From the NCBI GenBank assembly GCA_054661495.1, contig BAAFSQ010000158.1, positions 1 through 22,817 on the forward strand: 22,817 nucleotides of DNA. The letters run 5' to 3'. Each line of letters opens with the position of its first letter. Position 1 is the first letter of the stretch. Below are positions 18,983 through 22,817 of this stretch, in pieces. The stretch comes from Zygophlyctis sp. KS116. Lineage: Eukaryota > Fungi > Chytridiomycota. The position numbers and the translations under genes are program-made. The notes below the pieces were generated by a model, which did no database searches, was not told the origin of the DNA, and worked only from the letters and a program-made list of their open reading frames with translations.

Positions 18983-20848
18983 ATGTCCGATGAAGGAGAC
19001 AATAGTCCGGTTAATGACTCAAATGATGAATTAACAACATATGCTACAATGACTCCAAATGTATTATCACCTACTGGCTCCAAAAATGCTCTTCATGCTG
19101 AACTGGATCTCAATCGCTCGCTAGCTCTTGGACCAAAGTCGCCAATAAAGAAGAAGAGTCTTCCGGCTGGGAGAAGACTTCAAGATATTGATCCCAATCT
19201 CTCAGGATCCATTGATTTTTCTGGAGATTCAAAGCCTAAGATTTTGCATCATAGAGTTGATGATCTCTCGGCGTTGGAAGAGAGCTATGAAATCGGTAAA
19301 AAATTAGGACAGTAATTCATTTATTTTATACTAAATTAAGAGGTGCATTTGGTACAGTGAGGGTTATCGAACACAAAGCCAGTCATGAGAGCTTTGCTTG
19401 TAAATGCATAAAGAAAAGATTTGGATCGACATCATTATATGAGCAATTGCAAAAAGAATTGGTTATAATGAAAAAGGTTAAGCATCCAAATATTGTTCAG
19501 CTATACGAGGTTTACGAAACACCAAAGAAGATGTTTATGATCATGGAATGGTGATTTTTTAAAAGTGTTAATTCTTCAGTTGTAGAGGGGGCGAGCTTGT
19601 ACAGAAAATCAGAAATAGGAGATATTGTACTGAAGAAGAAACAAGGATAATTATAAGAAAATTAACGGATGTCATTGGATATCTTCATGATCATGGAGTT
19701 GTTCACAGAGATATTAAAGTATGATTCAAAATTAATTCTGATTTTAGCCTGAAAATATTCTCCTCTCGACTCTAGACGAAAATGATGAATTTAACATTAA
19801 AGTATCAGATTTTGGACTTGCGACATTCAGTGATACTTGTACAATGATGGAAAATGTGGCAGGAACTCCGATGTATATGGCTCCTGAAATTGTTAAAAAT
19901 TTGGGATATTCTGGTCAATGTGATATTTGGAGTATGGGGGTTATGATGTATTTACTGTACGTAATATTTTGAAACTTAAAATAGCTTGTGTGGATACAGA
20001 AAAGATGTAGAATTCAAACTTCATAAGTATATTGCTAATGGCTTAATCGAGTTTCCGGATGAACTATTCAAAGATATATCTCCAGAAGGTAAATTAGAGT
20101 CTAACTCATTTAAGCAATTAATTTATGCGAGCACATGCTTAAATTTGATCCAGCAAAACGTTTAACCGCAAGAGAAATCCAAGGCCACCCATGGATTACT
20201 GGTGATGCAAAAGTCTCATCCATTAAGCCGAATGTACTAGATCTAATGCGATCATATAATGCCGAGAGAAGATTGAAAAAAATTCTAATAACAGTATTAG
20301 CATCAATTAGATTTATGTCTGTTCTAATCAAAGACAGACCCCGACAGGTTCTTGGGTCATCAACGTTTGTAAGTTTCTTATCTCTGGAGGATTCGGGCAA
20401 CACCTCCAACTCATCATTGACAAAAGGGCCATCCAGCCAAAAGGGCTCTCTTCTGCTAAAAAAGACTGAATCTGGTACCAAAACACCCACACATTCAGAA
20501 AAGTCTAAAGTATCAACCAAAAGAGAATCTAAAATCAAGACAACTGAAGAAGAGTCAAAAATTAACAGACACAAGAGCGTAAAGGAAAACCAGCTCTCTT
20601 CTAATCTTAATAGAAAATCCATTGATAAAATAGCAGAAAAACTAGAGAATAAATCAAAATCTAATCGACCTAAAAGATCTTCAAAGGATTTAAATGAAGC
20701 TCGAACACCTCCTCTACCAAAATTGGGCATACCACATTTACCAACATCTTCTGCTACCATATCCACAGTCAAATCACCATCTAACCGTACGAGGAATACA
20801 CCTGGAAAATCCAATGATCTGGGACCAAAAATAGGGGAACTCAAATAA
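18983..20848 (+). CDS. STK33: CAMK-group Ser/Thr kinase, STK33-like
   Basis: LGQGAFG, ACK, HRDIKPEN, FNIKVSDFGLA, AGTPMYMAPE, YSGQCDIWSMGV and post-kinase PNVLDLMRSY, as in STK33. Introns 19312-19340 (AAG acceptor), 19551-19579, 19719-19747, 19957-19984 and 20089-20114 (AAG acceptor). Confidence 0.85.
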
Positions 20849-20913
20849 GCAAGTCTTATCAAATTATCTATTGAGCTTCAATTAACTCCTTAACTTCTCA
20901 AATAGAGAACCTA

Positions 20914-21039
20914 CTATATTAGTATTTAAAATAGATATTTGTCAGACGTGCAACATTTTGATTCCGGATGCGGTCATTTCCACTCAAATATTCGGAAGAG
21001 GGAGACCCACGATCATCATTCAAATATTTAAGTACATAC
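20914..21039 (-). other. 126-nt spliceosomal intron in the RPS12 3' UTR (snoRNA host intron)
   Basis: Minus strand reads TAA-AG|GTATGT...TACTAATATAG|TAG: a consensus donor 2 nt after the stop, a near-consensus branch point and a tandem TAGTAG acceptor (alternative end at 20911). Confidence 0.8.
20935..21027 (-). ncRNA. Box C/D snoRNA, SNORD100-like (predicted 18S rRNA 2'-O-methylation guide)
   Basis: 7-bp terminal stem ATATTTG/CAAATAT, box C ATGATGA (21019-21013), D' CCGA (20995-20992) preceded by CTCCCTCTT (complementary to conserved 18S GAGAGGGAG) and box D CTGA (20945-20942). Confidence 0.85.
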
Positions 21040-21041
21040 CT

Positions 21042-21464
21042 TTACTGGCTCTTAAAATGTTCCATGAGAACATTCATGGCTTCTGAATCCTGTCCAAAAT
21101 CTTTGACCACTACACAAGAAGCACCAACAACCTTTTTAGATTCACCTTCACGATCAATTTTGCAAAGTCCGGACCATTCTCCCAACTGTTTTGCATCAGA
21201 AACCTTGATGAGATTAATTTTGTGTTCCGCACAAAGAGCTTCAACAAGTTTAACATATTCGGCTTCATTGCATGATTCAGCCAAGACAGCTAATTGTGCT
21301 TTACGACTATCCAAAGCCTTGACAGATTCCCGAATTCCTCTGGCCAAGCCATCATGAACAAGGGCAGTCTTTAAGACTTGCTGAAGAGCTTCTTCAACGG
21401 TCATTGCACCCTTTACAATTGCTTCGGGGGCGACTTCTACAACTTCAACATCTCCATCTGTCAT
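21042..21464 (-). CDS. RPS12: 40S ribosomal protein S12 (eS12)
   Basis: [27 protein letters not shown]...[12 protein letters not shown]...[14 protein letters not shown]...[14 protein letters not shown]. Coding region is intronless. Confidence 0.98.
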   Translation of the reverse strand: MTDGDVEVVEVAPEAIVKGAMTVEEALQQVLKTALVHDGLARGIRESVKALDSRKAQLAVLAESCNEAEYVKLVEALCAEHKINLIKVSDAKQLGEWSGLCKIDREGESKKVVGASCVVVKDFGQDSEAMNVLMEHFKSQ

Positions 21465-21667
21465 TTGACTTCTTCAATGTTTTTTTACTACCCTAAGTTT
21501 TTTTTGTGGCGAAATCAATTCAGAGGAACCTGACTACCCCTAGAACAGCCACTTCTAATGCAACTGAAAGAGTTTGTCCAGAGATATATTCTCTACTGAA
21601 ATCCCGATTCTTTTTCTTTGGGCCGCTTTGCCGCTATAAATTGTGGCACCCCTGTGGCTCTTTAAAA

Positions 21668-22456
21668 ATGTTGTCAAAGTCAATCATCATCTCAATCATT
21701 GCTACCTTAACTTATGCTTTACCTTCTGGATCTCCATACTGTCAAATAGATGACTCAAACCGGCCTAGTTTTGAGTCTAACCATGGTAAAGAAAGCGCTT
21801 CTCCAGTCTTTGAAGCCCAATTCACTTCTGGAAATGGGGCATATAAGATAAATTTATCTAAAAAGGAAACTCCTATTCATGGCGTATTGCTATATGTTGT
21901 TGGATCAGATAAGAACAAACATCTCGGACAATTCACTCAAAAAACTGGATTTAAGTTTGTTACTGATTGTACTGGAGGTTCTGGATCAACATTAACTCAT
22001 GAGAACTCTGGGGCTAAACAAGATACAGAATTCATTTGGACGCCGGGACCAAACGATAGCGGTCCATTCACATTACATGCAGTTGTTACTGGCGATAAAA
22101 TGCCATGGCAAATTCTTACTGTAAATGCTGATCAAGGGAATGGTGGCTCTCAGACTGGTGCTGCGCCAACAGACGAATCAGTTCCAAAAGACCTTTATGG
22201 TGAATTACCAATTTTTGGAAACATAAAAGCCCAGGAAACTGAAAGTGCTGAACCTATATCAACAACGACACACAATACCTTAAAACCAACAATTGCTTCT
22301 AAAACAGCTAAAGCAACGCAACTGCCAGCTGCTTCAGATGATCCTTACTATTCTCAAACAGCAGCAGGAAATATTTCCTTGAGTGGAGTTAAATCCAAAG
22401 AGCGAGTCTTCTTATACTCATTTTCTGCTTTAGTATTGGCTGGAATTCTGATTTAA
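21668..22456 (+). CDS. Secreted, probably GPI-anchored Reeler-domain protein
   Basis: Signal peptide MLSKSIIISIIATLTYA; Reeler-like LPSGSPYC...HG...GVLLYV...GQF...C...TLTH...K...FIWTP; S/T/P-rich stalk; hydrophobic C-terminus. TATAAA at 21635-21640. Confidence 0.8.
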   Translation: MLSKSIIISIIATLTYALPSGSPYCQIDDSNRPSFESNHGKESASPVFEAQFTSGNGAYKINLSKKETPIHGVLLYVVGSDKNKHLGQFTQKTGFKFVTDCTGGSGSTLTHENSGAKQDTEFIWTPGPNDSGPFTLHAVVTGDKMPWQILTVNADQGNGGSQTGAAPTDESVPKDLYGELPIFGNIKAQETESAEPISTTTHNTLKPTIASKTAKATQLPAASDDPYYSQTAAGNISLSGVKSKERVFLYSFSALVLAGILI

Positions 22457-22817
22457 ATAAGTTTAGCAGGAAAATATCCAATAAATGGCCACAGTACCAT
22501 TTTCTCATTTTGAATATTCAACATGTGGAAAAACCTTTTTTTTATTAGGCAATTACAACATCTAAAAATCCACTTTTTAAATGTACATTCCAGGAAAACT
22601 TTGATTGAGATATAACAATTTAATGACAAAAATTCTGAAAACAATTCAACATGTGAAGTTTACCTGCAAAATAAATTCATTCTTGGCAAATATCTGCTTA
22701 ATAATCTCTATTTGAAGCCAATCCTCTTTGGATATGAGAGCATTCATCGACTATATTCTCAGCAACTAACTAAATAAGCATAATTCACAACTGTTAGGAA
22801 TTTATTCATAAATAACC

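Noticed and set aside
1-20848. Fragmented ORFs read as pseudogenes, frameshifting or stop-codon reassignment
   Set aside because: Each break is removed by a 24-34 nt GT-AG intron that restores conserved motifs, and TAA and TGA terminate genes normally.
20110-21357. Long antisense ORFs 20110-20862 (-) and 20968-21357 (+)
   Set aside because: Codon-symmetry shadows of the kinase tail and RPS12, with no recognisable domain.
21506-21667. N-terminal extension of the Reeler protein from a GTG start, and similar TTG/GTG starts in the ORF track
   Set aside because: Eukaryotic gene; the ATG at 21668 begins a clear signal peptide. The extension lies in the divergent promoter shared with RPS12.
22453-22817. 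Possible further gene at the right edge (ORF 22453-22644 and intron-like segments)
   Set aside because: I could not build a consistent spliced frame or recognise a motif on either strand; flanking sequence is needed.

Overview
This is AT-rich, very gene-dense eukaryotic nuclear DNA in the standard genetic code. It is most likely a flagellated early-diverging fungus (chytrid-like), inferred from fungal-type ATP7, NUXM and CBF1-like genes together with an STK33-like kinase and a double B-box protein. The ORF track is fragmented because genes are split by tiny GT-AG spliceosomal introns; I reconstructed 36 by hand (24-34 nt, mean about 27.5 nt). Fifteen protein genes are supported: B-box/coiled-coil protein (5' partial), PIG-B/GPI10, an unknown protein, long-chain acyl-CoA synthetase, ATP7, a GATA-like/Tudor/BRCT protein, PRP5/DDX46, a CBF1-like bHLH, an ankyrin protein, a Net1-like low-complexity protein, NUXM, a HutD-AstE/aspartoacylase fusion, an STK33-like kinase, RPS12 and a Reeler-domain GPI protein. 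The main hidden feature is the only long intron (126 nt). It starts 2 nt after the RPS12 stop codon and contains a box C/D snoRNA whose D' guide matches the 18S site targeted by human SNORD100, which is itself RPS12-hosted. All intron and domain calls are manual, with no RNA-seq or database searches.
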